The position numbers and the translations under genes were made by a program. A stretch of 64,000 nt of DNA, taken from positions 6,167-70,166 of the IMG/VR virus record IMGVR_UViG_3300038393_003049; one strand, written 5' to 3'. Positions 46,885 to 56,273 of the stretch are shown here, one piece after another. Numbering within the stretch: the stretch's first letter is position 1; the number at the start of each line of letters is the position of its first letter. The stretch comes from a virus. Lineage: Duplodnaviria > Caudoviricetes. Below the pieces are notes generated by a model. The model was not told the origin of the DNA. It searched no databases and was given only the letters and a program-made list of their open reading frames with translations.

Positions 46885-48114
46885 GTGGCTGACAATAGCC
46901 GACCGGCCCCCGAGATCACAACCGTCCTCGACGTGATCATGACGCTGCCCGACCGGCCGACCCGCGAGCAGATGCTCCAGGCTCGGGTGGCGGCGGCCGT
47001 GCTCGTGGGCTCGCCCCGAGGCAAGCGGGACCTGGCCGACCGCTCGGGGTTGAACGAGAACGTCGCTGCCGCGCATGCACCCTGGGCCGAAGGCGAGCGG
47101 CTGGGCATGCTGATGTGCTCCCGGGAGGGCAACCAGAACGTCTGGGATCCGGCTGAGCGGCGCAGCACCAGGTGGAAGGTCGTACCAGGACAATTCGGAA
47201 ACGAACGGAACTGCCCCAGGGAGATTCAGAGAGGTTATTACACGGTAAGTACTTCTCTATCCGCCGAAGATCATTCTCTATCCTCCGAAGATCAACGGTC
47301 TCTGACTCTCCCTGGGGCAGTTCCGTTCGTTTCCGACCTCAGCACCCTGAACCCGGCTCTGGACCTCTGGCGAGAGAGCCAGGGCAGACGCGATCAAGCC
47401 CGACCTTCGGGGTCCAAGCGCCCCGTTGGCGTGGGCTGCGCCGGAACCACCGGGTGGGTCCTGGCCGGCTGGGCGCTGGCCGGCCGGATCGGCACGGTGG
47501 ACGGAGAGCTGGTCAAGGTCACCTTCGCCGAGATCGTGGACAAGCTCGGGATCGCGGCGCAGAACGTGCGGGTCCTGGCCGATCGGATCCAGGGGGCGGG
47601 ATTCGGCTTCCGCAGGCGCGGGTTCATCATCATCTCGGTCGCGCTCCTGACCGACGCGACGCTCTGGACCGACCAGGCCGGCGACAAGCAGCGGAAGCGG
47701 CATGATCGGGAGAGGCGCGAGTACGACCGCGGTCCGGGCGCCAGAAAGTCCAGGCAGGACTTCCTCGGCCTGGTCCTGTCTCCCCAAGCGGGACCGGAGT
47801 GGGTGGGCGCAACGGTCCAGGAAGCAGTCGAGTGCTGGGACCAGTGGCAGACGGAGATCAAGAAGTGCCAGGAGCAAGAGTCCGACGCGCTGGCTGCCGA
47901 GATCCAAGCCGAAGCGGCAGCCGTTCGCGAACGCGAGCGGCAGGCGTCCGCGCCCACGCCCGCGGAAGCTGCCGCGGAACAGGCCGAGGTCATGAAGCTG
48001 ATCCGGCACCTCACGCAGCGGGCCGCGATGAGGTCCAGCGCACCACTGGCGTCCGTAGGGGCGAGCCGACCGTCGGCTCGCAAGAACGAAGACTTGGAGA
48101 GGACGAGCCGATGA
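46885..48114 (+). CDS. Hypothetical protein, possibly a replication-initiator-like wHTH protein
   Basis: 409 aa; HTH-like VTFAEIVDKLGIAAQNV; contains an AT-rich inverted-repeat element. Confidence 0.45.
   Translation: MADNSRPAPEITTVLDVIMTLPDRPTREQMLQARVAAAVLVGSPRGKRDLADRSGLNENVAAAHAPWAEGERLGMLMCSREGNQNVWDPAERRSTRWKVVPGQFGNERNCPREIQRGYYTVSTSLSAEDHSLSSEDQRSLTLPGAVPFVSDLSTLNPALDLWRESQGRRDQARPSGSKRPVGVGCAGTTGWVLAGWALAGRIGTVDGELVKVTFAEIVDKLGIAAQNVRVLADRIQGAGFGFRRRGFIIISVALLTDATLWTDQAGDKQRKRHDRERREYDRGPGARKSRQDFLGLVLSPQAGPEWVGATVQEAVECWDQWQTEIKKCQEQESDALAAEIQAEAAAVRERERQASAPTPAEAAAEQAEVMKLIRHLTQRAAMRSSAPLASVGASRPSARKNEDLERTSR
47195..47336. repeat. Perfect 30-bp inverted repeat around an 82-bp AT-rich core containing a 21-bp tandem repeat
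   Basis: TCGGAAACGAACGGAACTGCCCCAGGGAGA (47195-47224) and its exact reverse complement (47307-47336); TCTCTATCC(G/T)CCGAAGATCA twice. Confidence 0.95.
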
Positions 48115-48746
48115 CCGACAACGACCAGCAGAACCCGATCTCCCGACTTGGTGCCGAGGCACAGGCGCAACTTCGGGAGTTCGCCCTCCACGTTCTCTCG
48201 CAGACGCCGCGGGAGTCCGTGGAGGAGTCGATCATGAAACGCGGCTACAGCACGCCCGGCGAGCTGGGAGTGCTGCTCGCGCTGTCGACGTGGGCCGTCC
48301 TGCGCGGGGTCGAGCGCGGCCTGATCTTGCCCCCGGACCTGCCGCGCGGCAACGGCACCGTCCGTTGGTCGCCGGGCGCCGTGATGGAGATCCTCGGTGA
48401 CCAACAGGATCTCCTCGCCGCGCTGACGACCGTCAGCGGCCCGGACGCCGCCCGCGTGCTGGGGATCCGGCCTTCGGACTGGAAGGCGATCATCACCGCC
48501 GGCTGGATCACCTCGTGCCGCACGGTCACCCTCTGGAAGTACCGGACCCGGACCGACATGCCCGTGTACTGGCTGCACGAGGTGCTCGCACTGGAGAACC
48601 GGCCGGGCGTGGACTGGGCCGCGGTGCGCGCGGTGCCGAAGTGCGGCCGGTCGTTGATCCCGGGTCTGGCCGGATTGGAGCGCGCCCGGCGTTCTCGAAC
48701 GGTCCAGCCCCACCAGATCGGCGACGGTACGGGCGAGGTGGCGTGA
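48111..48746 (+). CDS. Putative DNA-binding protein, paralog of 39161-40045
   Basis: PVY....V..L...PGVDWAAVRAVPKCGRSL. Confidence 0.5.
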   Translation: MTDNDQQNPISRLGAEAQAQLREFALHVLSQTPRESVEESIMKRGYSTPGELGVLLALSTWAVLRGVERGLILPPDLPRGNGTVRWSPGAVMEILGDQQDLLAALTTVSGPDAARVLGIRPSDWKAIITAGWITSCRTVTLWKYRTRTDMPVYWLHEVLALENRPGVDWAAVRAVPKCGRSLIPGLAGLERARRSRTVQPHQIGDGTGEVA

Positions 48747-49138
48747 TGCTGGCCAACTCCGCAGGAACCTGCATGTGCTGCGGCGAGCAGTACCCCGCCG
48801 GGACGGACCTGAGCCGGATCGGCACCCGGTTCAAGATCCGATCCCACATGCGCACCGAGTCCTTCTCGGCTCCCGTGCCGCTGCACGGTGACCAGAGCCG
48901 GGTCAACATCCTGTACGGGCTGTCGCGGTGATCGCCGGCACGTGCACCGCCGAGGGTGGAGCGAGATGTGGGTCGGCGCAGTCTAACAATCTTTGACTCG
49001 ACTGCTACTCTGGTCAGGTAGTCCAACTGTCCCGCCAGGAGATGATGAGATGATGGCGATCTTCCTGTACTGGATCGGGATCGTGCTGGCCGGTCTGGCC
49101 GGGCTCGGCTGGCTGTCCGCGCTCGACGAGGGTTCCCG

Positions 49139-49387
49139 GTGACCCGGTACTGGCTGCGGACCACCGAGGAGGTCTCCCCCGGCCGGGAGGGTCTGTGCTG
49201 GCCGGCCAGCGTGACGTTGATCGGTCCGACCGAGATCGACGACCAGGGCCGGACCCTGGTGCTGGTCGACGACCAAGACGCGCCGGACTTCCTGGCCGGC
49301 GCGATCGTCGAGTGGCCGGTCACGCGGCACCCCCTCGGCGGCATGCGCCCGTTCGGCCGCCGTCAGGTCGGGGTGCACGATGCCTGA
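49139..49387 (+). CDS. Hypothetical protein
   Basis: Overlap-coupled ORF. Confidence 0.45.
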   Translation: MTRYWLRTTEEVSPGREGLCWPASVTLIGPTEIDDQGRTLVLVDDQDAPDFLAGAIVEWPVTRHPLGGMRPFGRRQVGVHDA

Positions 49388-49769
49388 CCCCTCATTCCTG
49401 CCGCCGCTACCTCCGAAGTGGACCGACACCGAAGCCCGGAAGGTCATCGCCGGCTACCTGTCCAACGACACCGACTGTGATGACACGGACTGTGCGGCTT
49501 CGGGGATCTCGATGGCCCTCGCCGCCGCCGGGTACGTGATCTGGCCCGCCTCAGCGCTCGCGGCGTTGGAGGCTGAGCGTGCGGCCCTGGCCGAAGCTCT
49601 CGACGCGGCAACCCACGAGTTCGCAGCGGGCGCCTGGGTCGACGGGGTTCCCATCGCCTACTGCGGGGTGCAGTCGCCTGCCGGGCCGATCTGCGGCGCG
49701 GCCGCATCCGACCCCGTGCATCGCCGGTCGGCCCAGATCCGCGCCGAGCACGGGTTGGGGGCGGTATGA
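49380..49769 (+). CDS. Hypothetical protein
   Basis: Shares the AALEAE.AALAEA.D..THE module with 41011-41496. Confidence 0.5.
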   Translation: MPDPSFLPPLPPKWTDTEARKVIAGYLSNDTDCDDTDCAASGISMALAAAGYVIWPASALAALEAERAALAEALDAATHEFAAGAWVDGVPIAYCGVQSPAGPICGAAASDPVHRRSAQIRAEHGLGAV

Positions 49770-49929
49770 CGCCGGAGGAGCGCGCCGACGTGGCCCGATC
49801 GCATGACGGCCGGCGTGGCTGGGTCACGGTTCCGATCGTGGTGGATGGCGGCTCGCTGCGGATCGGTCACGGCGACGGCGAGCTGGTCGATGAGGACCAG
49901 GCCGAGGACTTGATCTGGGACGGCACGAC

Positions 49930-50190
49930 ATGACCACAGCGACGAAGGCTTCGGCGTACTCCGGGTTGGACGGCCGGGTCTACGGCCGCGACGCTAGCGC
50001 CTATGACCGGCCCAACGTCCGCAGTCCGAAGCAGATGCACTGGCCGGCCGCCGACGGCTCCGGGCATGCCGCCTGCGACCGCCGGATCGTGCTGGCCATC
50101 GGCCCGCACGGTTTCGGCATGAAGCCGTCGGACGTCCCACTCCACCGCCGTTGCGCTCGCAACGGTTGCTGGTCGCGGTGGGTGTCGTGA
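49930..50190 (+). CDS. Small Cys/His protein
   Basis: H....G.AAC...CARNGC. Confidence 0.45.
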   Translation: MTTATKASAYSGLDGRVYGRDASAYDRPNVRSPKQMHWPAADGSGHAACDRRIVLAIGPHGFGMKPSDVPLHRRCARNGCWSRWVS

Positions 50191-50509
50191 CCGCCCCGCA
50201 GCGGCCCGGGTCGCAGATCACCGAGGAGGACGTACGGGCGGCCATTGACGCGGTTCGCGACTACAACACCGCTTCGGATCCGGCGCAGGTTCGCGTCATG
50301 GCTACCCAACTGCGGTTCGCGGTCGAGTCCACCTTGCGCCCTGGCGGCCTGGTCGCTCGCGCGCTCGACGCTGCCGCCGCGCGAGTAGTCGCCGACTGCT
50401 CCCACGACGACTACCGGCTCGGGCAGTGGCCGCCGGAAACCTGTCCGTTCTGCGCGCCGAAGGTCGCCAGCGTGCGTGCCGTGGCCGCCGAGTGGCGGGA
50501 GGGGCCGCG

Positions 50510-50779
50510 GTGAGGCTGCCCGTGCGGGTCGTGCACTGCCGGCGCGCCCGGTACGACGTCTACATCGGCCGGCCGTCGATCTGGGGTAACCCGTTCCGGA
50601 TCGGTCCGGACGGCGACCGCGACGAAGTGATCGCCAAGTACGAGCGGCACGTCCTGTCCAGCCCGCACCTGATGGCGCGGTTGCACACGCTGGCCGGCCT
50701 GACGATGGGGTGTTGGTGCAAGCCGCTGGCGTGCCACGGCGACGTGCTGGCCCGGCTGGTCGAACAGGCGTCGGCGTGA
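50510..50779 (+). CDS. DUF4326 family protein
   Basis: VVHCRR..YDVYIGRPSIWGNPF...GCWCKPLACHGDVL. Confidence 0.85.
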   Translation: MRLPVRVVHCRRARYDVYIGRPSIWGNPFRIGPDGDRDEVIAKYERHVLSSPHLMARLHTLAGLTMGCWCKPLACHGDVLARLVEQASA

Positions 50780-51663
50780 GCTTCACCCCCGCGGACGCTC
50801 GCGAGCTGCACCGCCGGCTGGCCGACTGGTGGGGCAGTGCCGGCGCCCAGTTGTGGCATTCGGTGGCCGATGCCTACGCCCGTTCCGAGGGTGACGCCGG
50901 GTACTTCTTCCAGGTCGATCCGCCGGTCGAGCAGCGCCGGCTCCAGGCGGCCGAGACGTTCCTGGTGACCGCGGAGATGGCGGCCGTTTGCCGGGTCGCC
51001 GGCCGATCCCTGCCGGAGCTGCGGGTCACGACCGATCTGCTGCCGGCCTCCTGCGGAGTCCTATTGTTCGACGACGACCTGGCCGGGCATGACCCGGCGA
51101 TCGTGCAGTCGAAGCTGGTCACCTGGGGGCCGGCGGCCTACGGCGGCAAGCCCGGCGTGGCGGTGGCCAGCTACCTGCTGCCGGGACAGCGGGTTCCCAG
51201 CGACGACGGGCAGGCCGACCTGGCCGCCGCCATCGCCCGCGTCTTCGCCGACATCCGCGGGCCGGCGCTGCCGTCGCTGTGGACGTTCCTGCCGTACGGC
51301 GTCGAGATCCCGGCTGAGGCGGTCTCCGACCAGCATCTGGAGCACCTGGTGCGGATGGTCCTGGCCTCCTGGCTGCTGATGGGCCAGCCGCTGGCCGCCC
51401 GGGACCGGCCGGTGCTGAACCGGGCCGACACCAAGCGCGCGACCCGCTCGGGCCTGACCGGCGCGCTGACCGTCGTCATGCTCCGGTACCAACCGACGGC
51501 CCCGGAAGGCCCGTCCGGCCGGGTGTACCACCGTCGTTGGCTGGTCCGCGGGCACTGGCGCCGGTTGCCGTCCGGCCGGCCGACCTGGGTGCACGAGCAC
51601 GTGAAGGGGCCGGCCGGCGCCCCGCTGGTCCTGACCGACAAAGTGACCGTTCTGGCTCGTTAG
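50776..51663 (+). CDS. Conserved hypothetical protein
   Basis: C-terminal RWLVRGHWR...WV..HVKGP..PL motif. Confidence 0.6.
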   Translation: MSFTPADARELHRRLADWWGSAGAQLWHSVADAYARSEGDAGYFFQVDPPVEQRRLQAAETFLVTAEMAAVCRVAGRSLPELRVTTDLLPASCGVLLFDDDLAGHDPAIVQSKLVTWGPAAYGGKPGVAVASYLLPGQRVPSDDGQADLAAAIARVFADIRGPALPSLWTFLPYGVEIPAEAVSDQHLEHLVRMVLASWLLMGQPLAARDRPVLNRADTKRATRSGLTGALTVVMLRYQPTAPEGPSGRVYHRRWLVRGHWRRLPSGRPTWVHEHVKGPAGAPLVLTDKVTVLAR

Positions 51664-51702
51664 CTTACGGTTGACTGGGCACGGCCGGTGAAGGAGGTTC
51701 CG

Positions 51703-53070
51703 ATGACGAGCACACGCTCTGCCTCGCAGTGGGTCGTCAGCGGCCCGGCTGTCCGGAGCGCCCGACTTCGACGTGGCCTGACGATCGCCGCCGTGGCCAA
51801 CCAGCTCGGCCACCACGGCGGTTGGCTGAACAAGATCGAGCTGGGGGACCGGCAACCGTCGCTGAGCGGCCTGATGAAGCTGGCCGCCGCGCTGAACGCG
51901 CGGGCCTGCGATCTGGTCACCGGCCCCGTTCCGGAGACGTGCTTCGCCGGGCTGGCGCCTGTGCCGGCGACGGACGGGATGGACCTGCCGTGGACGGCCG
52001 CCGGCAGCCTGGCTGCCATTCGTGTTGTTGCAGAAGGAGATGGAGACCAAGTGGACAGACGTGACTTTCTCGCCGTGACCGGGGCGGCACTCACCGTGCC
52101 GGCGGCGCGGTGGGTCAACTCCCCCGCGCTCCCCGATGTGGCCCGCGCCGCCGGCAGCATGCGCGTCACCGAGGCAGTGGTGGACGGGCTGGACCGCACT
52201 ACCGAAGTGATCCGCCGCACCGGGTCGGAACTCGGCGGTGGGACGGCGCTGTCGCTGGCCCAGCGTCACCTGCGCGAGTGTGAGCGGCTGTTGGGCGACG
52301 GCAGCTATGACGACACGACCGGGTGCCGGCTGTTGGCGGTGACCGCCGAGGTGCTGCGGCTGGCCGGCTGGCTGGCCCACGACTCATGTGCGTACGCGCT
52401 CGCCCAGCGGTACTGGCTGGCCGGGCTGCGGGCCGCCCACGCTGGCGGCGACCGCGCGGTGGGCGCCAACATCCTGTGCTTCATGTCCGACCAGGCCGGC
52501 TCGACCGGCAGCCCGCACGACGCGCTCCGCCTCGCCCAGGCCGCCCGCCGCGGGTACCCCGGGGGTTCCTCCCGGGTTGACGCGCTGGTCGAGTTGCATC
52601 TGGCTCGGGCGTGCTCCTACGTCGGCGACGCGCACGGCACCCGTCGTTCGCTCGATCGCGCCGTCGAGCTGGTCGACGACTCCGGGGAATGCCCGCCGTG
52701 GGCGACCTGGATCGACCAGGGCACGGTGCACGCCTTCGCCGGTTCCTGCTACCGCCGGCTGCGGTCGTGGGATCTGGCCGAGACCCACCTGCTGGCCGGC
52801 TTCCAGGCGCCGGGGTACCTGTCGACGCCGATCGAGCAGGCCGACCACCGTCGCCGGCTGGCCGAGGTGTACGTGCGTCGCCCGAACCCCGACCTGGACC
52901 GCGCCGCCGAACTGGGCAACGAGGCGGTGGACTGGTTGGCCGGGCAGGTGAACTCGCCGAAGGTGGTCAGCCGGATGCGCGAGCTGGTCTCGGTGCTGCC
53001 TCACGACCGCCACAACCCGCTCGTCCGTACCCTGCGTGAGCGCGTGCAGAGCCTGGCGCGAGCGTCGTAG
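51703..53070 (+). CDS. XRE-family transcriptional regulator (actinomycete HTH + helical repeat type)
   Basis: AAGGAGG RBS; VRSARLRRGLTI..VA......WLNKIELG; DRRDFL; LAGWLAHD; A..YW..GL.AA. Confidence 0.85.
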   Translation: MTSTRSASQWVVSGPAVRSARLRRGLTIAAVANQLGHHGGWLNKIELGDRQPSLSGLMKLAAALNARACDLVTGPVPETCFAGLAPVPATDGMDLPWTAAGSLAAIRVVAEGDGDQVDRRDFLAVTGAALTVPAARWVNSPALPDVARAAGSMRVTEAVVDGLDRTTEVIRRTGSELGGGTALSLAQRHLRECERLLGDGSYDDTTGCRLLAVTAEVLRLAGWLAHDSCAYALAQRYWLAGLRAAHAGGDRAVGANILCFMSDQAGSTGSPHDALRLAQAARRGYPGGSSRVDALVELHLARACSYVGDAHGTRRSLDRAVELVDDSGECPPWATWIDQGTVHAFAGSCYRRLRSWDLAETHLLAGFQAPGYLSTPIEQADHRRRLAEVYVRRPNPDLDRAAELGNEAVDWLAGQVNSPKVVSRMRELVSVLPHDRHNPLVRTLRERVQSLARAS

Positions 53071-53453
53071 TAGCCAACCGAGACGGGGGACGATGGTCGA
53101 AGTCACCGAGCCCGCGCAGGCCAAGGACTCCTGCCGGAACTGCCGGCGGCCCATCCACTGGGTGAGCGGAGTCGGCTGGCTCCACGGCGAGCTGCCGCAG
53201 TACGCCCACGAGGAGATCACCTGCGCGGTCGCGCACCCGGTCTCCTGCGGCTCCCATCGTCGCGACAACTGCCCGAACGGATGGACGCCTTGACGATCAC
53301 CTCGACTGTCCGGGTCACCGCCGAAGGCAAGCGGCTGACGGTGGCCGAGTTGCGCGAGTTCCTCGCCGCGGTCGAGCGGGCCGGTGTGTCGGCGGATGCC
53401 ACGGTGAAGGTTCGGACCACCATGTCCGGCCATGTCCGTCAGGTCGAGATCGG

Positions 53454-53705
53454 ATGAGCCAGGGCCGCCCGGAGAAGTCCGAAGATGACGACGGAGTGTG
53501 CGCTGAGGTGATCTCGCCCTCAGCCTTCGACCTTCCAACCGACGTCCCGGTGACCCGATACCCGGGCGGCCCGGCGATCCCTGGTGCGACCGCGCACCTG
53601 AAGCTGGACGTCGCCGGCAACGTCGTCGCCGAGGTCTACGTCCCGGAGTCCGAGGCACCGGTCGACCGGATCGACGTCGCCCTCGGGGAATGGTCGCTCG
53701 ACTAG
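53454..53705 (+). CDS. Hypothetical protein
   Basis: 83-aa overlap-coupled ORF. Confidence 0.4.
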   Translation: MSQGRPEKSEDDDGVCAEVISPSAFDLPTDVPVTRYPGGPAIPGATAHLKLDVAGNVVAEVYVPESEAPVDRIDVALGEWSLD

Positions 53706-54049
53706 CCCGGATCGGGGAGTCGGTCGGGAAGTGCCGGATCGGTGATCTGCACTCCGTACCGGACCACTGCCGGTCGGAGGTCGGTGACGAGCACGAACCT
53801 CTCGCCCAGGTCGATGACGCCAAGCGTCGGGTGGCCGTAGCGGCGCACGTTCTCCCTGGCAAGCCAGTCCGCCGATGCGCGCGATGGGTGCACGGTGGCC
53901 AGCACGTCGTCCGGGTGGACATGCGGGCGCGCTTCGAGCCGACGCAGCGCCTCGGCTGAGTCAGCGCGGTCCGGCCACCCGTGCACCTCGATCCTCGGCG
54001 CTTCGGCTTCGGTCACTCGCCTACCGTATCGTGCGATGATCGGCGGCAT
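53702..54049 (-). CDS. Hypothetical protein
   Basis: Isolated minus-strand ORF; start uncertain. Confidence 0.35.
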   Translation of the reverse strand: MPPIIARYGRRVTEAEAPRIEVHGWPDRADSAEALRRLEARPHVHPDDVLATVHPSRASADWLARENVRRYGHPTLGVIDLGERFVLVTDLRPAVVRYGVQITDPALPDRLPDPG

Positions 54050-54374
54050 GGCAGTGATCCTCTCCGACGGGAACTACGGCGTGCAGAAGCGCACCCACCC
54101 GTTCCTGCGCGACGCCGAGGGCATGCCGGTGCCCGCCGAACCGGGCGAGGTGCAGGGGCCGTGGCCGGGCGGGTCGCGCCGGGAGGCAGACGGCACCTAC
54201 TCGATCCGGTTGGACCCGCGGTGCTGCCCGCTGTACGAGGGCGACCTGGTGACCGGTCCGGCCGGTGAGGTCTGGCTGGTCGAGGGCCTGCCGCAGCTCC
54301 GGACCAACGTCGCCTCCGCGGATCTGGACCATGTGGCGCTGACCGGGTCGATCCAGCCCGAACTCACACCGTGA
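54048..54374 (+). CDS. Putative head-closure (SPP1 gp16-like) protein
   Basis: RDAEG.PV....V...W, GD.V...GEVW.VEG.P pattern. Confidence 0.55.
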   Translation: MAVILSDGNYGVQKRTHPFLRDAEGMPVPAEPGEVQGPWPGGSRREADGTYSIRLDPRCCPLYEGDLVTGPAGEVWLVEGLPQLRTNVASADLDHVALTGSIQPELTP

Positions 54375-54384
54375 CGGGGGAACC

Positions 54385-54645
54385 GTGGCAATCACCGCGA
54401 AGGTCCAGTGCAACCTCAAGCAGACGTTCTCCTTCGACGGGTTCGGACAGGCCACCATCGGGTTCTGCGCCGACTACACCGACGACCGCAACCAGGAGTG
54501 GGCGCAGGCGACGCCGTTCCTGGATCTGCGGATGACCGTGCGCGGCGCAGTTGCCGACCGGTTCGAGCCGGGCCGGCGGTACACCCTGGTCTTCGAACCG
54601 GACGAGACGCCCGAGACGGCAGAGCGGCCGGCGGAGCAGCCGTAG
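54385..54645 (+). CDS. Conserved phage hypothetical protein
   Basis: ITAKVQC...N.EWA.ATP...L.M.V....F..G..Y.L.F. Confidence 0.6.
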   Translation: MAITAKVQCNLKQTFSFDGFGQATIGFCADYTDDRNQEWAQATPFLDLRMTVRGAVADRFEPGRRYTLVFEPDETPETAERPAEQP

Positions 54646-54939
54646 GCGGGCGGTGACGTCTTCGCATCCGGATCCGGCCGTTGAGCCGCCTGCGACCGGC
54701 TCAGGGCCGGATCCGGCCTGTTTCGCGCCACCGGTCACGCTCGTCCTGCTGGTCCAGCCTCGCCGGTTCGGCTGCGCACTGATCGCCGAACGGGGCGGCC
54801 AGCGGGTCCGGTTGGGGCGGTACCGCACGAGGTCCGCCGCGTCGCAGGCCGCGGAGGAGCTGGCCGAGATCGTGGGCCCGATGTGCCGGGCCACCCCGAC
54901 GCACGGCTTCCTGATTCGGATCGAGCAGACGGGGGACTG

Positions 54940-55161
54940 ATGCAGTCCGAGGACATCGACAACCGGTTCACCTACCACCCGCCGACGAGCGCGCAGGTGC
55001 CGATCTACGAGGAGGTCCGCACCCGCTGCCGCGAGCTGGCGCACTGGCTGAACGACATCGTGCCCGAGGGTCGTGAGCAGTCGTTGGCGGTCACCCATCT
55101 GGAGGAAACGGTCTTCTGGGCCAACGCCGGCATCGCCAGGCAAGCCCTGCCCGACCGCTGA
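54940..55161 (+). CDS. Acb2/Tad1-hairpin-like small protein
   Basis: FTYHPP...REQSLAVTHLEETVFWANAGIAR resembles the Tad1 C-terminal hairpin. Confidence 0.6.
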   Translation: MQSEDIDNRFTYHPPTSAQVPIYEEVRTRCRELAHWLNDIVPEGREQSLAVTHLEETVFWANAGIARQALPDR

Positions 55162-55170
55162 GGAGGCACC

Positions 55171-55704
55171 GTGCCAACCGGCTTCCACCCGGTCCGCGAT
55201 CTGGACGCCAAGGTCGCGGCACTGGTCGCGCCGAAGGTCGAGCAGGTGGCCAAGCGGGTTGCCCGGCGGGCGAAGTCGCCGGGATACGCGCCGCCGACGA
55301 AGGCGTGGGTGTCCGTCGGCGACGAGCGCGTCCGCCCCGAGCATCGCACCACTGAACGGGACAACCCTTCGGTGCCGGCGAACCTGCGATTCAAGGTGAC
55401 GACCAACCGGTGGGAGGTCGAGCACCGCGGCCGGCCTGAGCGCCAACTCGCTCATGCTCCGCGCGACCCGGCGTTGAGCGTCGGCACGCGAATCAACTGT
55501 CGGTGCAAGTCAGTGCAGGACGTCGAGGGGATCCGGCGGACCATCGAGGCGCTGCCGGCGCAGGTGCACGGGTCCACCGTCGCCGCCGCTGTGCGGTGCA
55601 CCCACCCGCGGGCGGCCGGCGCCGAGTACGGCGAGGGATCCGACCGCGGCACCCGGTTCCTGGGTCGCGCGGTCCGTGACGAGGCCGCCCGGATGCGCGG
55701 CTGA
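55171..55704 (+). CDS. HK97 gp10-like neck/tail-completion protein with inserted MuF-like motif
   Basis: gp10-like AEYG..RGTRFL end; internal WVSVGDERVRPEH...INCRC. Confidence 0.55.
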   Translation: MPTGFHPVRDLDAKVAALVAPKVEQVAKRVARRAKSPGYAPPTKAWVSVGDERVRPEHRTTERDNPSVPANLRFKVTTNRWEVEHRGRPERQLAHAPRDPALSVGTRINCRCKSVQDVEGIRRTIEALPAQVHGSTVAAAVRCTHPRAAGAEYGEGSDRGTRFLGRAVRDEAARMRG

Positions 55705-55720
55705 GGCAGGAGGGAAGACC

Positions 55721-56089
55721 GTGACGCTGGTCGAGCACGCGGCCCGGGAGCTGGCTCGGACGAATGAGGATCCGGACGTCGTGGCCTGGTACTGCCGGGT
55801 GGTCGAAGCCTTCAGCAGCTTCGGGCACTCCGGCGGCTCGGCGGCGGCCACGATCCCGGTGCTGTTCGAGCTGCTGAACTACCGACCGCTCACGCCGCTG
55901 ACCGACGACCCGGCCGAATGGCTAGATAGGTCCGTGATGACCGGCCGACCGCTGTGGCAGTCGGTCCGCCACCATTCCGCATTCAGCACCGATGCCGGTC
56001 GAACGTACTACCTGCTCGACGAGGATGCCGGCGACGGGATCGCCATCGCTTCCCTGCATCGCACCGAGCCGAGCGGCGTTTCGTCGTGA
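55721..56089 (+). CDS. Conserved phage hypothetical protein
   Basis: GHSGGSA...PLTPLT..PAEW...WQS.R..SAFS. Confidence 0.6.
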   Translation: MTLVEHAARELARTNEDPDVVAWYCRVVEAFSSFGHSGGSAAATIPVLFELLNYRPLTPLTDDPAEWLDRSVMTGRPLWQSVRHHSAFSTDAGRTYYLLDEDAGDGIAIASLHRTEPSGVSS

Positions 56090-56273
56090 GCGAGAATCTG
56101 CCCTGGTCGTCGTGGTGGCAGCGCCTGACCTGGCGGGGCTGCCCGGTCAGGTACCCCGGCCGGTACTATCGCGGCCGGTGCGAGCTGGTCCGCGGGCACC
56201 CTGGGCAGCACGCTCTGGACCGCGGGATGGACGTTCCGCGGTGGTAGCCGGCCGCTGACCCGTTCGGGTCAAC

